From the NCBI GenBank assembly GCA_021513695.1, contig CP084166.1, forward strand, positions 832,001-896,000: 64,000 bases of DNA, in the 5' to 3' direction. How positions within the stretch are numbered: position 1 is the stretch's first letter; each line of letters opens with the position of its first letter. This DNA comes from Candidatus Heimdallarchaeum aukensis (GTDB lineage: Archaea > Asgardarchaeota > Heimdallarchaeia > Heimdallarchaeales > Heimdallarchaeaceae). The translations under genes and the position numbers were made by a program. Below the pieces are notes generated by a model. It was not told the origin of the DNA, ran no database searches, and was given only the letters and a program-made list of their open reading frames with translations. This document shows positions 38,965 to 49,156 of this stretch, piece after piece.

Positions 38965-40923
38965 ATGAGATTCACTAGATTCATATACAAATTAAAAAAT
39001 TATGATATTGTATTTAGTACACTTTTTATCTTTGGAATAATTATCCAATGTCTATTTGTTTTATTTAACTGTAGTAAATTTTTTAGAGTGATTCTAGGTG
39101 TCATTATTTTTTATTTGCTTCCAGGTTATTTTTTATATTCACTTTTAGTACCAGAAAGAAAAGATGATAATGTTTTTTATTTTCTCCCTTTATTTTTTAT
39201 TATTTCATGTAGTTTTATTTCAATTATTGCAGTTTTCTATTCTACAACAAAAATAAAATTCAATATTGATTCATTTTTTGTAATTTATTTTGTTTTTATT
39301 TTGTTAATTATAAGTCTTGTATTTTTCCAATCTCTAAAAAATAATAAAAAAGTCCTTATTAGGTTCAAAGTTTCGCTAAAAAGTGAGAAAATATTAGATA
39401 CATTTTTTATTCTTGGAGTAATTTATTTTATTATATTCTTTTTATTCTTGACAATAAAAAATCCGTATTCTTTAGTTCCAGATGAGATAATGTTTGCGAA
39501 ATGGTCCTCTTATATGCTTAATAATCAAAAAATGCATCCACGTTTTACAGATTCTGCATCTGATATTATGATTATCTATCCCTATGGTTGGGTTTTTATT
39601 TTAGCAGTTTTAGAACTTTTGAGCGGAATAAAATCCATATACATTGTTATGTATGGTTCTATTTTCCTTAGTTTAATATTATTAATGTCGATCTTCGCAA
39701 TTTTTAAATCTAATCAAAATAAAGGCTTTTTTACTCTTATCGTTTTTACTACTTTAACTTTAGATGACTACATAAAACTACCAATAAGGCTAAGTTATAT
39801 GTTACCAGGAACTCTTGGTTTTATTTTTATATTGATTTTTTTTGCACACTGGAATTATGAATCAAAAGATGCTTTAAAACAAGTTTCTTACAGAAAATTA
39901 AGTTTCTTTTCTGTATTATATGGGTCTTTTTGGACAATTCATCATTTTACAAGTATTATTCTATTTCCATTAGTTGTCTTTTTAATATTTTACATTTTAA
40001 TTTTAAAAGAAAATGAAAGGCGCAGAGTTATTATGTATTTTTTTGGCCTTATGCTGCTAGTATTATTAGCTTCTCTTACATTTCTTTATAAATATATGCT
40101 TGTTTTAATAAAAGGAGGAAGTCTTACTATTGATATAATCGGAAATCCTGTATGGATTCCTATTAGTATTTTTGACTGGTTTGAAAAAAGTAGCTATTTA
40201 TTATATGGACTCCCATTTATAATTATCTTAGTCATCGGAACACTATTGGTATTTACAAATAAAAAATTTGATCAAATCTTACCTTTAATTTTTATATTAA
40301 CAATATTTACTTTCCGAATATTCACTTACTATATATATAGATCAAATACTTTATTTTATAGATTAGGAATATTCTTCAGTTTATCAATAGGTATCTTCAT
40401 CGCTAAAACTACAACATATCCAGAATTGATTTTAGATTTAAAAAAGTATAGCAAAAGAATACAGAAAATAGATCTTTCTTCAATTTTCATTATCGTTTTG
40501 TTATTATCTAATCTGTTAAATCCATTATTTTCTAAGAGTTTAGATGAAAATAGATACGATACATTTGCTTCTTTTATTTCAGAACACCCTTCTGTATATA
40601 AAGAATCAGATATAGAAATTGTTCTTTCAGTAGATATTGAAAATTGTGTGTTTATTGACTTTTACAATGTCACCCCCATTCAAGCTTTATTTGAAAATCT
40701 GTTGTTAGCTAAATGGGAAGGTACTAACTATTCTTATTATCGAATAGAAAAAGAGGTTACAATTAAAAGAATTCTTTTTTTTGTTGAATCAAACAAAACA
40801 AACTATATTTTCTTTTCTTCGGTAATGGATTTTGATCTTAAGCAAGAGCTTTTTATATCATTACAGATCTACGGATTTTCTATATACAAAATAATAGGGG
40901 AATCAATAATATTAATAAAATAA
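38965..40923 (+). CDS. large polytopic membrane protein (652 aa); candidate GT-C glycosyltransferase or Wzy-like polymerase
   Basis: Starts 3 bp after the beta-helix gene. More than 12 TM helices plus a C-terminal soluble region. No AglB motifs. Confidence 0.5.
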   Translation: MRFTRFIYKLKNYDIVFSTLFIFGIIIQCLFVLFNCSKFFRVILGVIIFYLLPGYFLYSLLVPERKDDNVFYFLPLFFIISCSFISIIAVFYSTTKIKFNIDSFFVIYFVFILLIISLVFFQSLKNNKKVLIRFKVSLKSEKILDTFFILGVIYFIIFFLFLTIKNPYSLVPDEIMFAKWSSYMLNNQKMHPRFTDSASDIMIIYPYGWVFILAVLELLSGIKSIYIVMYGSIFLSLILLMSIFAIFKSNQNKGFFTLIVFTTLTLDDYIKLPIRLSYMLPGTLGFIFILIFFAHWNYESKDALKQVSYRKLSFFSVLYGSFWTIHHFTSIILFPLVVFLIFYILILKENERRRVIMYFFGLMLLVLLASLTFLYKYMLVLIKGGSLTIDIIGNPVWIPISIFDWFEKSSYLLYGLPFIIILVIGTLLVFTNKKFDQILPLIFILTIFTFRIFTYYIYRSNTLFYRLGIFFSLSIGIFIAKTTTYPELILDLKKYSKRIQKIDLSSIFIIVLLLSNLLNPLFSKSLDENRYDTFASFISEHPSVYKESDIEIVLSVDIENCVFIDFYNVTPIQALFENLLLAKWEGTNYSYYRIEKEVTIKRILFFVESNKTNYIFFSSVMDFDLKQELFISLQIYGFSIYKIIGESIILIK

Positions 40924-40930
40924 AGGAGTA

Positions 40931-41434
40931 ATGTTAATGACATATAATCGTAAATTATCATCTCTGCGAAATTTTTTTCTTTCTATTAACCATGAAAGAT
41001 TTGTTAAAATCTGTAATATTATTCTCTTTTCTTTTGGAGTAATATTTGGAACAATTCTTAGAATGGATTACTTTGGCGGATGGAGTTTAGCAAATAATTT
41101 AGATACGCTAGTCTTCAAAAACTCTGTTCTTTATTCACTGCACCCTTTTAGAGTATTGTGGATTCTGCTTAGAGTTACAATAATGATATTATCATTTTCT
41201 TTTGCGATAATATTTTATTATCAAATGAAAAGGGATTGGATAAATTCAATTATTAATATCTTATCGTTTTTCATTGTCTCTTTATTAATGAGTATTTTTA
41301 TTATAATTTTTCGCCATATTAAAATAGATGCTAGTACACTTTTCACATATATCGGAATTTTTTTGGTAATAATAATTGCTATATTCAATCATTATTTTCC
41401 ATTTACTTCTCTATTTAACAAAACAAAAACTTAA
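40931..41434 (+). CDS. small integral membrane protein (167 aa, 4-5 TM)
   Basis: Starts 8 bp after the upstream stop and is hydrophobic. Possibly a GtrA-like small flippase subunit, which is speculative. Confidence 0.4.
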   Translation: MLMTYNRKLSSLRNFFLSINHERFVKICNIILFSFGVIFGTILRMDYFGGWSLANNLDTLVFKNSVLYSLHPFRVLWILLRVTIMILSFSFAIIFYYQMKRDWINSIINILSFFIVSLLMSIFIIIFRHIKIDASTLFTYIGIFLVIIIAIFNHYFPFTSLFNKTKT

Positions 41435-41460
41435 ATGAAAATTAAATGGAAATGAATATT

Positions 41461-42705
41461 CTAGTGTTTCATGAATTTTGCTTTTATTTTTTCACTATAT
41501 TTGTAAGCTAAAAATTTTCGTTCAAAACTCATTATTTTTTCTTCATTACATCCATACTTTAACTTATTATTTTTCCATTTATTATAAAGAGACCAGAGTT
41601 TTTCATAAATAGCACTTGTAGATATTTGTACTTGAGTATATTGCTGTTCGATCTCATCTAAAACAGACCAATTATCTTTTTTATAAGAAATCAGCATGAT
41701 ATGAGAATTACCTAGAATATAATCATACAGTTTTGTAGGGAGTGCATACTCAATACCTTTGGGATACAATAAAATTAAAACATTTGATTTTTGAAGTTCA
41801 CAGTGGAACTTTCTCTTACTCAAATAACCTAAATCATGAAAATAGTCTTCTATCTCAGCTTCGTGCACCATTCTTCTAATAACTTTACGTGATGTTCCCC
41901 CTGCATAATTGAATTTTACTTGATGAGGAAGAAGATTATGTTTTTTTACAAATTCTCCAAAACCTAAACAAAAAGTCCTAAATACAGGTTTATGAACTAA
42001 ATAGAAGTTCCCAAAAAAAGAAACAGTAAAAGTCTGTTTTTCTTTTTCACATTGTGTAGTGGGTATTTCTTCTTTGAAGAAACCATTATGGATGATTTCA
42101 AAAGAATCTTTTTCTAAATGCAAAGCTTTTTCTATTATTTTCGCACAGTCTTTTCCAATTGTCACCAACATTTTCGATTTCTTAACAATCTTTTTTTCTA
42201 ATTTGAGATGTTTCTTCTTTATGAATTTTGGGAACTGCAAAAAAGGACTGCCATTCCAAGGATCACGATAATCAGAGATTAAAGGAATATTAAACTTCTT
42301 AGAAAGTCTATAACCAACAACTAAAGCAGAAAGAGGAGGTTGAGTAGCTAAAATAACATCAATTTTTTCATTTTCAATAGCTTTACTACCAACTTTTACA
42401 GCTCTCGTAATCCAAGGAAAATAAATATCAGGAAAAAACAATAGTTTATCCAAATTCAATAGTTCAAGTAAAGCTAATAGTTTAATCTTATATCCTATCT
42501 CTCTTAATTTCGGCCGTTTAGCATAGTAAACCATTGAGAGATTGTACTCTTTCTGTAATTCATTATTTTCAGTTATTTCCTTATTGCTTGTAAGAAGAAA
42601 AACGTTAAGATCTTTTTCAGGAAAATATTTTGCAAAACTAGCTGCTCTATATCCTCCTGCACTTTTATCTGGAGGAAATAGATAGGATATAAGAAGAATA
42701 TTCAT
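41461..42705 (-). CDS. family-4-like (GT-B) glycosyltransferase
   Basis: MNILLISYLFPPDKSAGGYRAASFAKYF N-terminus typical of GT-B glycosyltransferases. 414 aa. Confidence 0.6.
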   Translation of the reverse strand: MNILLISYLFPPDKSAGGYRAASFAKYFPEKDLNVFLLTSNKEITENNELQKEYNLSMVYYAKRPKLREIGYKIKLLALLELLNLDKLLFFPDIYFPWITRAVKVGSKAIENEKIDVILATQPPLSALVVGYRLSKKFNIPLISDYRDPWNGSPFLQFPKFIKKKHLKLEKKIVKKSKMLVTIGKDCAKIIEKALHLEKDSFEIIHNGFFKEEIPTTQCEKEKQTFTVSFFGNFYLVHKPVFRTFCLGFGEFVKKHNLLPHQVKFNYAGGTSRKVIRRMVHEAEIEDYFHDLGYLSKRKFHCELQKSNVLILLYPKGIEYALPTKLYDYILGNSHIMLISYKKDNWSVLDEIEQQYTQVQISTSAIYEKLWSLYNKWKNNKLKYGCNEEKIMSFERKFLAYKYSEKIKAKFMKH

Positions 42706-42847
42706 AACTGAATTTTTAGTTCAAATTTTTTAAAGTTTAAGGAAGAAGAAAAAATGAGAAAAGAAAGAGTTGAAGATTATATTTAAGTTCTATTTATAAA
42801 TTAATAACCTAGATAAAACAGATAATATGTCAGCTTAAATCTAATAG

Positions 42848-43810
42848 TCATCTAAATTTGACACTATCTACATTAGGCATCGAATCTGCTGAATAAATAG
42901 AATCCAACTCAAACAGAGAAAGTATATCAATTGCCCGTTCTAGTTGCTCTTTTGTAATATTTTCCTTCCATTTATCGATAATACTTCCACCGGATATTAA
43001 TGCACTTTCCTTTCTTACTTCGGGAGAAGGTTTCTTTAGAACTCTATAAATAGATTGATCATAATTTTTTCCTAAAAATTGGAATAATTTATCTATTTCT
43101 TCTTCAGGTGAAACAGCATATTTTTCATAAAAAGTTACAAGTATTTCATCTTTTGAAAACTGTTTTAGTGGGACATAATTCTCAATACACCATAAAAAGA
43201 TATTCTTCTCAAAAGTAGTCTGAGCATGTAAAATATCTTTCTTAAAGGGATTCAAGAAATCTTCCATTAGCTCTTCCTGAGAAAGTAAAACATCCAGATG
43301 GTCTTCCCAATTTAATTTTATTCTAGAGTTAGCCACTGCTCCGGGATGTCTTAGAAGTAAAATAATTTTTATTTCAGGAAACTGGGTTTTGATCCATTTT
43401 AGCATTAAATTAGCTCGGATATCTTTAACAAGCCTTTTTTTGCACAGAAACTTTTTATTAAATCTGTCTACCCATTTGTTTCTTATTTTTCCTGAAAGAA
43501 TTTTTCTTGCTGGTTCTAAATACTTTTCATCATTGTTCTCAGGTCTAAGATATTGCCTATACTTGAAATCTTTACAGACATCAACAAAGTATGAGTGAAA
43601 TGGCTCAAAAATGTACCTATAACTGTTATCATAATTAATGATATTTGAAACCCATGTTGTACCACTTCGTCCTGTTCCAGCTAGAAAAATGGTATTCTCA
43701 TAATTGCTATCTAAATTAATATATAATCTACTATGAATCTTGATTTTGATTGAATCAAGTAATGTTCCTTCATCGATTTTTCTTTTTATTTTATTTACTA
43801 TATTACTCAT
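42848..43810 (-). CDS. PAPS-dependent sulfotransferase (paralog 2)
   Basis: 5'-PSB GTGRSGTTWV and 3'-PB LRHPGAVANS. The start is trimmed to ATG 43810 to remove the overlap with the upstream gene. The listed ORF extends to 43852. Confidence 0.7.
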   Translation of the reverse strand: MSNIVNKIKRKIDEGTLLDSIKIKIHSRLYINLDSNYENTIFLAGTGRSGTTWVSNIINYDNSYRYIFEPFHSYFVDVCKDFKYRQYLRPENNDEKYLEPARKILSGKIRNKWVDRFNKKFLCKKRLVKDIRANLMLKWIKTQFPEIKIILLLRHPGAVANSRIKLNWEDHLDVLLSQEELMEDFLNPFKKDILHAQTTFEKNIFLWCIENYVPLKQFSKDEILVTFYEKYAVSPEEEIDKLFQFLGKNYDQSIYRVLKKPSPEVRKESALISGGSIIDKWKENITKEQLERAIDILSLFELDSIYSADSMPNVDSVKFR

Positions 43811-43827
43811 ACAATCACTTTTTAGAA

Positions 43828-44751
43828 TTAGATAAAACCCCATTTTTTCCAATGCTCATTTAAAACTTTGATTACATTATCTGGACTGTGATATCTTAAT
43901 GCAATATCTTTTTTACCTTTTTTAGTTTCACTCTTTAGGATTTGCAGAATAGAATCTTTTAAATTATTAGGGTTTAAGAAACCAATTACCTCTTTCATCT
44001 CTTCATAATCGATATATTGCTCTGAATAGTAAGTTCCTACAGAAACGTCACAAAAAAGAGCTTCAATTGAAATCACATTATATGTCAAACCTGTGCTAGG
44101 GTTTGCATGATCAATAATCAAATCACAGAAATTTATAGTATCACATATTTTTTCTCTGGGTATTGGTTTGTTGATGAAGTGAATATTGAAAGTTTTTTCA
44201 TTATTTATTTCTTCAATTGCTTTACTAATTAGATCAGAACCTTTTATTTTTGGTGAATGAGCAAAATGACCTATAACATAATCAAATCCATTCTCATCCT
44301 TGAATTGCTCTTTTTTTTCTTTTACTTCCTCTTTCGAATAAAATTCGTCAGGATTTACACAGCGAGGAAGAAAAATAGAATTAGGACTATAATTTATTAA
44401 CTCTTTAAGTGAGACAAATGAAGGTTCTTGAGGTTTAACAGTTCCAAGTCTTAAATCAGAACCATGATAATGAAAGCAAGTATTTCTTGCTCTTACTAAT
44501 TGTGGATAAGTACCATTGACCACCTGAATATCAAATTTTCTCAACAACCAACCAAAAGCCATCCAAAACCCTGTTCTCAGATAATTTTTCCACAAAGGCC
44601 CTTGAACACTTCCTAATTTAAAATACTGTTCAGGAAGATTGGCATATTTATTGCTCTGAAGAAAATAAGTTACTTCGTGACCTTGTCTTTCTAGCTCTCT
44701 TCCAATAAGAAAATGTTGACTAGCATAGTCACCAATAATAGCAATTCTCAT
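43828..44751 (-). CDS. GT-B-like protein of an uncharacterised subfamily (HYHGSDLR motif); paralog of 50457-51401
   Basis: N-terminal Rossmann-like MRIAIIGDYASQHFLIGRELERQGHEV and C-terminal S.E..F...GT-like region. Shares the HYHGSD(L/I)R block with 50457-51401. Confidence 0.5.
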   Translation of the reverse strand: MRIAIIGDYASQHFLIGRELERQGHEVTYFLQSNKYANLPEQYFKLGSVQGPLWKNYLRTGFWMAFGWLLRKFDIQVVNGTYPQLVRARNTCFHYHGSDLRLGTVKPQEPSFVSLKELINYSPNSIFLPRCVNPDEFYSKEEVKEKKEQFKDENGFDYVIGHFAHSPKIKGSDLISKAIEEINNEKTFNIHFINKPIPREKICDTINFCDLIIDHANPSTGLTYNVISIEALFCDVSVGTYYSEQYIDYEEMKEVIGFLNPNNLKDSILQILKSETKKGKKDIALRYHSPDNVIKVLNEHWKKWGFI

Positions 44752-44864
44752 TTTTAGTTCCTATCAGTATTCTTATTGACAACCTCAGATTTCTCTATAA
44801 AGATATTTCGCTTATATTCCTCAATAAGCATATGTATAAGAATTTCAAACTTATTTTTTTAAGT

Positions 44865-45998
44865 CTATATCATTATATTTGTCTCTATTTCTAGTTCGTG
44901 TTCTTCGTATCGTTTTATAATCTCATTTACAATTTTTGTACTGCTTTTTCCGTCTCCATAAGGATTTTCCCAATTTATGTTTTTATAATGATCCAAATTG
45001 TCTTTAATTTGTTTAATCGCTGATTTTATTCTTTCTTTTTCTGCTCCTACTAATTGATTAGCACCAATTTCAAGTGTTTCAATCCATTCAGTATTGTCTC
45101 TTAAAGTTATACAAGGAACATTTAGAGTTAAAGCTTCTTTCTGAATTCCTCCGCTGTCAGTAAGAATAGACATAGAATTTACTTCAAGAGAAATAAAATC
45201 AAGATACCCAGTAGGATCAATTGTGATAATATTCTCGTTCTCAATCAAATCTCCTAAATTGTAATCTTTAATACGATTTTTTGTTCGTGGATGAACAGGA
45301 TAAACAATAGTTTCCTCAACTTCATTTAAAGTCTCCAAAATTGTCTTTAATCTTCCTTTGTTGTCAACATTCTCTTTTCGATGGAGAGTTAACAAAAAAT
45401 ACTCTTTTGATTTTAAGCCCAACTTTTTTAGAATTGATGATTGTTTTTTTGCTTTTTTTACATTCCTTAAGATTGCATCAACCATTGTGTCTCCTGTTTC
45501 AAAAATCCATCTCTTATTTATTCCCTCTTTCAATAAATTCTCAGAAGCAGTCATAGATGTTGTAATTAACATTCTACTGATGTGGTCAGTTAACTTTCTG
45601 TTTATCTCTTCAGGCATTCTGAAATCATAGCTCCTTAAACCTGATTCAAGATGAATAACAGGATATTGCAACTTACTTGCTGCTAGAGCTCCAGCAAGAG
45701 TTGAATCAGTATCTCCAGGAACTAAAACAGCATCAGGATCCTCTTCTTTTAATTTTTCTTCTATTTTAATCATCATATTTCCGACTAGCTGAGCATGAGT
45801 TTGAGAATGAATATTTAGATTTACATCAGGAGGAGGAAGAGACAATTCTTGAAAAAATATAGAAGACATATTTTCATCAAAATGTTGGCCTGTGTGTAAA
45901 TGATAGAAATCCATTTTTGGCTCTTCTAACATATCTTGTATTATTGGTGATAGTTTGATAAATTGGGGTCTAGCTCCCGATATGATAAATACTTTCAT
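44865..45998 (-). CDS. wecB: UDP-N-acetylglucosamine 2-epimerase (non-hydrolysing)
   Basis: MKVFIISGARPQFIKLSPI, HTGQHFD and HLESGLRSYD motifs. The start is at ATG 45998. The listed ORF extends 14 codons further, to 46040. Confidence 0.8.
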   Translation of the reverse strand: MKVFIISGARPQFIKLSPIIQDMLEEPKMDFYHLHTGQHFDENMSSIFFQELSLPPPDVNLNIHSQTHAQLVGNMMIKIEEKLKEEDPDAVLVPGDTDSTLAGALAASKLQYPVIHLESGLRSYDFRMPEEINRKLTDHISRMLITTSMTASENLLKEGINKRWIFETGDTMVDAILRNVKKAKKQSSILKKLGLKSKEYFLLTLHRKENVDNKGRLKTILETLNEVEETIVYPVHPRTKNRIKDYNLGDLIENENIITIDPTGYLDFISLEVNSMSILTDSGGIQKEALTLNVPCITLRDNTEWIETLEIGANQLVGAEKERIKSAIKQIKDNLDHYKNINWENPYGDGKSSTKIVNEIIKRYEEHELEIETNIMI

Positions 45999-46023
45999 TT
46001 TAACACCTTGTTTAATATACTTT

Positions 46024-47400
46024 TTATTCTCCAATTCCAACTATGACTCTTTTATCATTTTCTCTCTCATTTATATGACCAAAAATATGGCGAGTATCAA
46101 TAATAGCATAAGGATTATTTGCTTGTTCGTCAAAGAATGAGATATCTAACTCTTTGTAGTGGCTATGGTCAGTAAGAATTACTATACAGTCGCTGTTATG
46201 AATCGCTTTTTTCAAATCCTCTTCAAATTTGATATCAATTATTTCTCTTAGTTCTTCTTCTTTATAGAGTGGATCATGTAAAACAATTTTTGCTTCGTAT
46301 TCTTTTAGTCCTTTTATGACATCAAATGTTGGAGAATATCTATATTCTTTAACATTTCCTCTATAAGCTAACCCTAAAAGGGTAATTTTTGAGCCTTTAA
46401 GGTTTTTATTTACTTTATTCAGCGCAATAATTGTACGATTGACTACATGATAAGGCATTGAGAGATTGATTTCTCTCCCTTTTTTTGTTAATGCTGCACT
46501 TATTCCAAATTGGTCTGCAATATTAATTAAAAATTGTGGATAAACAGGAATACAATGTCCTCCAACTCCAGCACCAGGTCTATGAATATGGGAGAAAGGT
46601 TCACTGTTTGCAGCTTTTATCACTTCATGGACATTAACACCTATTTTTTCTGAAATTTTAGCAAATTCATTAGCCAATGCTATGTTTACATCTCGATAAA
46701 TCCCCTTAAATATCTTAACAGCTTCTGCAGCTGTCGATGAACTCATCTGAATAACACCTTTTTTAGCTATAGTCTCATAAAGCAAAGCGATTCGTTCAGT
46801 ACTTCTAGGATCTACACCACCCACAATTTTTGGATAATTATCTCTGATATCTTCTATTGCTCTACCACTATAAGTGCGTTCAGGAGCAAAACCTAACCCA
46901 AAATCTTTTCCTGCTTTAAGACTAGATATTTGTTCCAACTGCTTCTTAACGATTTGCTCAGTAGTTAAAGGAGGAACAGTACTTTCAATAACTATTAACT
47001 TCCCAGGTTTCATATAAGCTCCAATCGAATTTATTAGCTTAATTACAGGTTGAAGTTCTGGGTTTCTATATTTATCAATTAAAGTAGGGATTATGATTAT
47101 TATAACATCGGATTCATCTACAGCTTTCTCTAATGAGAGCGTGCACTCAAACTTTTTCTCTTTCAAACCTTTTCTAATTCCTTCAATAACTCCAGGTTCA
47201 CCTATTATAGGTGGATTACCTTCATTGATCTTTTGAACAGTTTCAGGGTTAACATCTACTCCAATAACTCTATACCCTGCTTCAAGAAAGACCACATCAA
47301 TTGGTAGACCCATTTTTCCTTGTCCAATAACCGCTATAGTCAAAGACCTATTTTCTAATAACTTAATGGCTTCATCTTTTGAAATTATAAAATATCCCAT
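46024..47400 (-). CDS. wecC: UDP-N-acetyl-D-mannosamine / UDP-glucose dehydrogenase family (nucleotide-sugar 6-dehydrogenase)
   Basis: N-terminal GxGxxG (IAVIGQGKMGL), central catalytic-Cys region (GVGGHCIP), and C-terminal UDP-binding domain. It is adjacent to wecB. Confidence 0.8.
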   Translation of the reverse strand: MGYFIISKDEAIKLLENRSLTIAVIGQGKMGLPIDVVFLEAGYRVIGVDVNPETVQKINEGNPPIIGEPGVIEGIRKGLKEKKFECTLSLEKAVDESDVIIIIIPTLIDKYRNPELQPVIKLINSIGAYMKPGKLIVIESTVPPLTTEQIVKKQLEQISSLKAGKDFGLGFAPERTYSGRAIEDIRDNYPKIVGGVDPRSTERIALLYETIAKKGVIQMSSSTAAEAVKIFKGIYRDVNIALANEFAKISEKIGVNVHEVIKAANSEPFSHIHRPGAGVGGHCIPVYPQFLINIADQFGISAALTKKGREINLSMPYHVVNRTIIALNKVNKNLKGSKITLLGLAYRGNVKEYRYSPTFDVIKGLKEYEAKIVLHDPLYKEEELREIIDIKFEEDLKKAIHNSDCIVILTDHSHYKELDISFFDEQANNPYAIIDTRHIFGHINERENDKRVIVGIGE

Positions 47401-47562
47401 GTTTTCCATTCTCTCCACAAAGAAATTATTAACTATTTCATCATTTCAAAACATCAAGTCTTAAATCTTTCTTTTAAAATAACAATAGGAAATGGGATGT
47501 GTTTTAGTAGATATTCTTAAATACCTCTCTCCCTCAATTGCTTTAAGTTTCGGTGAAATATC

Positions 47563-49143
47563 TTGTATTCTGAAGAAAAAGGGAATCTATTAAAAAGAGG
47601 ATCAGGCTCTCACTTTGTAATCATTTTTTTCTTGTCGTTCGTTTTATCAAAACTATTCAGCATGGCCTTCAACAAGATTTTCACCAATGTGTTAACGAAA
47701 ACAGAGATGGGTAGATATGCCATTTTTATATCTGCAATTACCACAATTTTTACTTATTCAACACTGGGCTTCCCAGCGGCTTTAAATAGATTTACTGTAA
47801 CTTATAAAGAGAGAAAACAATTAGAAAATCTCAAGAATTTTCTTACTACAGGATTTATTATTTTCCTTGCAGCTGAACTGACGATAACTTCCATTCTAAT
47901 AATTCTATACTATACTACTGGTTTTACACCTAAATTTCTAAATATTGAACCTTACATCATAACTTTAATTATTGTAAGTCTAGTAGCAATAACACAGATA
48001 TTCAGTACAATGTGCTATGTTATCGCAAGTGCTTTACAGAATAGTAGATATTATGCAATAATAATGATCATGAGAGTTTTTTTACAGATACCCTTTGGAT
48101 TCTTGTTTGTAGTTTTCTTGAATTTAGGAGTATTTGGCTTAATCCTAGGCCTTCTACTTTCTGAATTCATTGTTGCATTATATAGTTTTTATTACTTGGT
48201 GAAAGATGTAGGAATTGGTAAATTTTCTTGGGAAGAGGGAAAGGCAATGCTATCCTTCTCAGTACCAGGTTACATAGCAGCCATTTTTATTAGTTCTTTT
48301 GATTTAGGTCTAAAAGTCTTTGTAGATTATGTTTTTCCTGCTGAAGGAAAAGAAATTATAGCCTTATACCAGTATGGTGCATTGGCAGTAGTAAATATTC
48401 TTTTAGTAGCTGGTAATTTATTTAGAGTTGTCTACAGGCCCATTATTTTCAAATACTTTGAACAAAAAAAGTACAGAGAAATTCAGACTCTTACAATCAC
48501 GATTTCAAAATTATTTACAATTACAATTGTTTTTTCTGCAATCTTTCTTTTTGCGTTCTCTCCACTCTTGATTCCATTTTTGACCAAGTCTTCTTATCTA
48601 TCTAGTATATCTGTAATTCCTATTCTAATGCTCTCGACTATTATAGGTTACTTAAGAACATTGATAACTTATGGACACACGTTATACTACAAGAATTATT
48701 GGAATGCTATAGCTGCAATAACTGCAATAATAATTTCAGCAATAATTGGTTATTTTATCATTCCTACTCTTGGATTGATAGGTTTAGGATTAGTTTATCT
48801 TTCACTTACGAGTATCCAATTCTTTATTTTATTCTTTGTCTCTCAACATTATTTCAAAGTAAAATTTGAAATTAAATTAATTATAAAGATTTTAGTTTTA
48901 TGCGGAGTTTCAATGGGAACAGGAATAATTTTTAATGTTACTATCTTTTCATTCTCTGAACACTCCTTAATTTACTCCTTTCTTCTAAGTTCATTTATTT
49001 ATATTATAGGCATCTTCCCTTTGAGACTCATAGGAAAAAAAGATATAGAATTCCTGAAGTCTGTAATAAAGACATATATCAATATTATTAAGTCCAAGAA
49101 TAGCTTAGAAAAAAAGAATTCAAAAAAAAAGAATAGACATTAA
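47563..49143 (+). CDS. polysaccharide biosynthesis protein, Wzx-like flippase
   Basis: 526 aa, about 14 TM helices, MOP-type. Confidence 0.6.
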   Translation: MYSEEKGNLLKRGSGSHFVIIFFLSFVLSKLFSMAFNKIFTNVLTKTEMGRYAIFISAITTIFTYSTLGFPAALNRFTVTYKERKQLENLKNFLTTGFIIFLAAELTITSILIILYYTTGFTPKFLNIEPYIITLIIVSLVAITQIFSTMCYVIASALQNSRYYAIIMIMRVFLQIPFGFLFVVFLNLGVFGLILGLLLSEFIVALYSFYYLVKDVGIGKFSWEEGKAMLSFSVPGYIAAIFISSFDLGLKVFVDYVFPAEGKEIIALYQYGALAVVNILLVAGNLFRVVYRPIIFKYFEQKKYREIQTLTITISKLFTITIVFSAIFLFAFSPLLIPFLTKSSYLSSISVIPILMLSTIIGYLRTLITYGHTLYYKNYWNAIAAITAIIISAIIGYFIIPTLGLIGLGLVYLSLTSIQFFILFFVSQHYFKVKFEIKLIIKILVLCGVSMGTGIIFNVTIFSFSEHSLIYSFLLSSFIYIIGIFPLRLIGKKDIEFLKSVIKTYINIIKSKNSLEKKNSKKKNRH

Positions 49144-49156
49144 AGATGAAATATAA

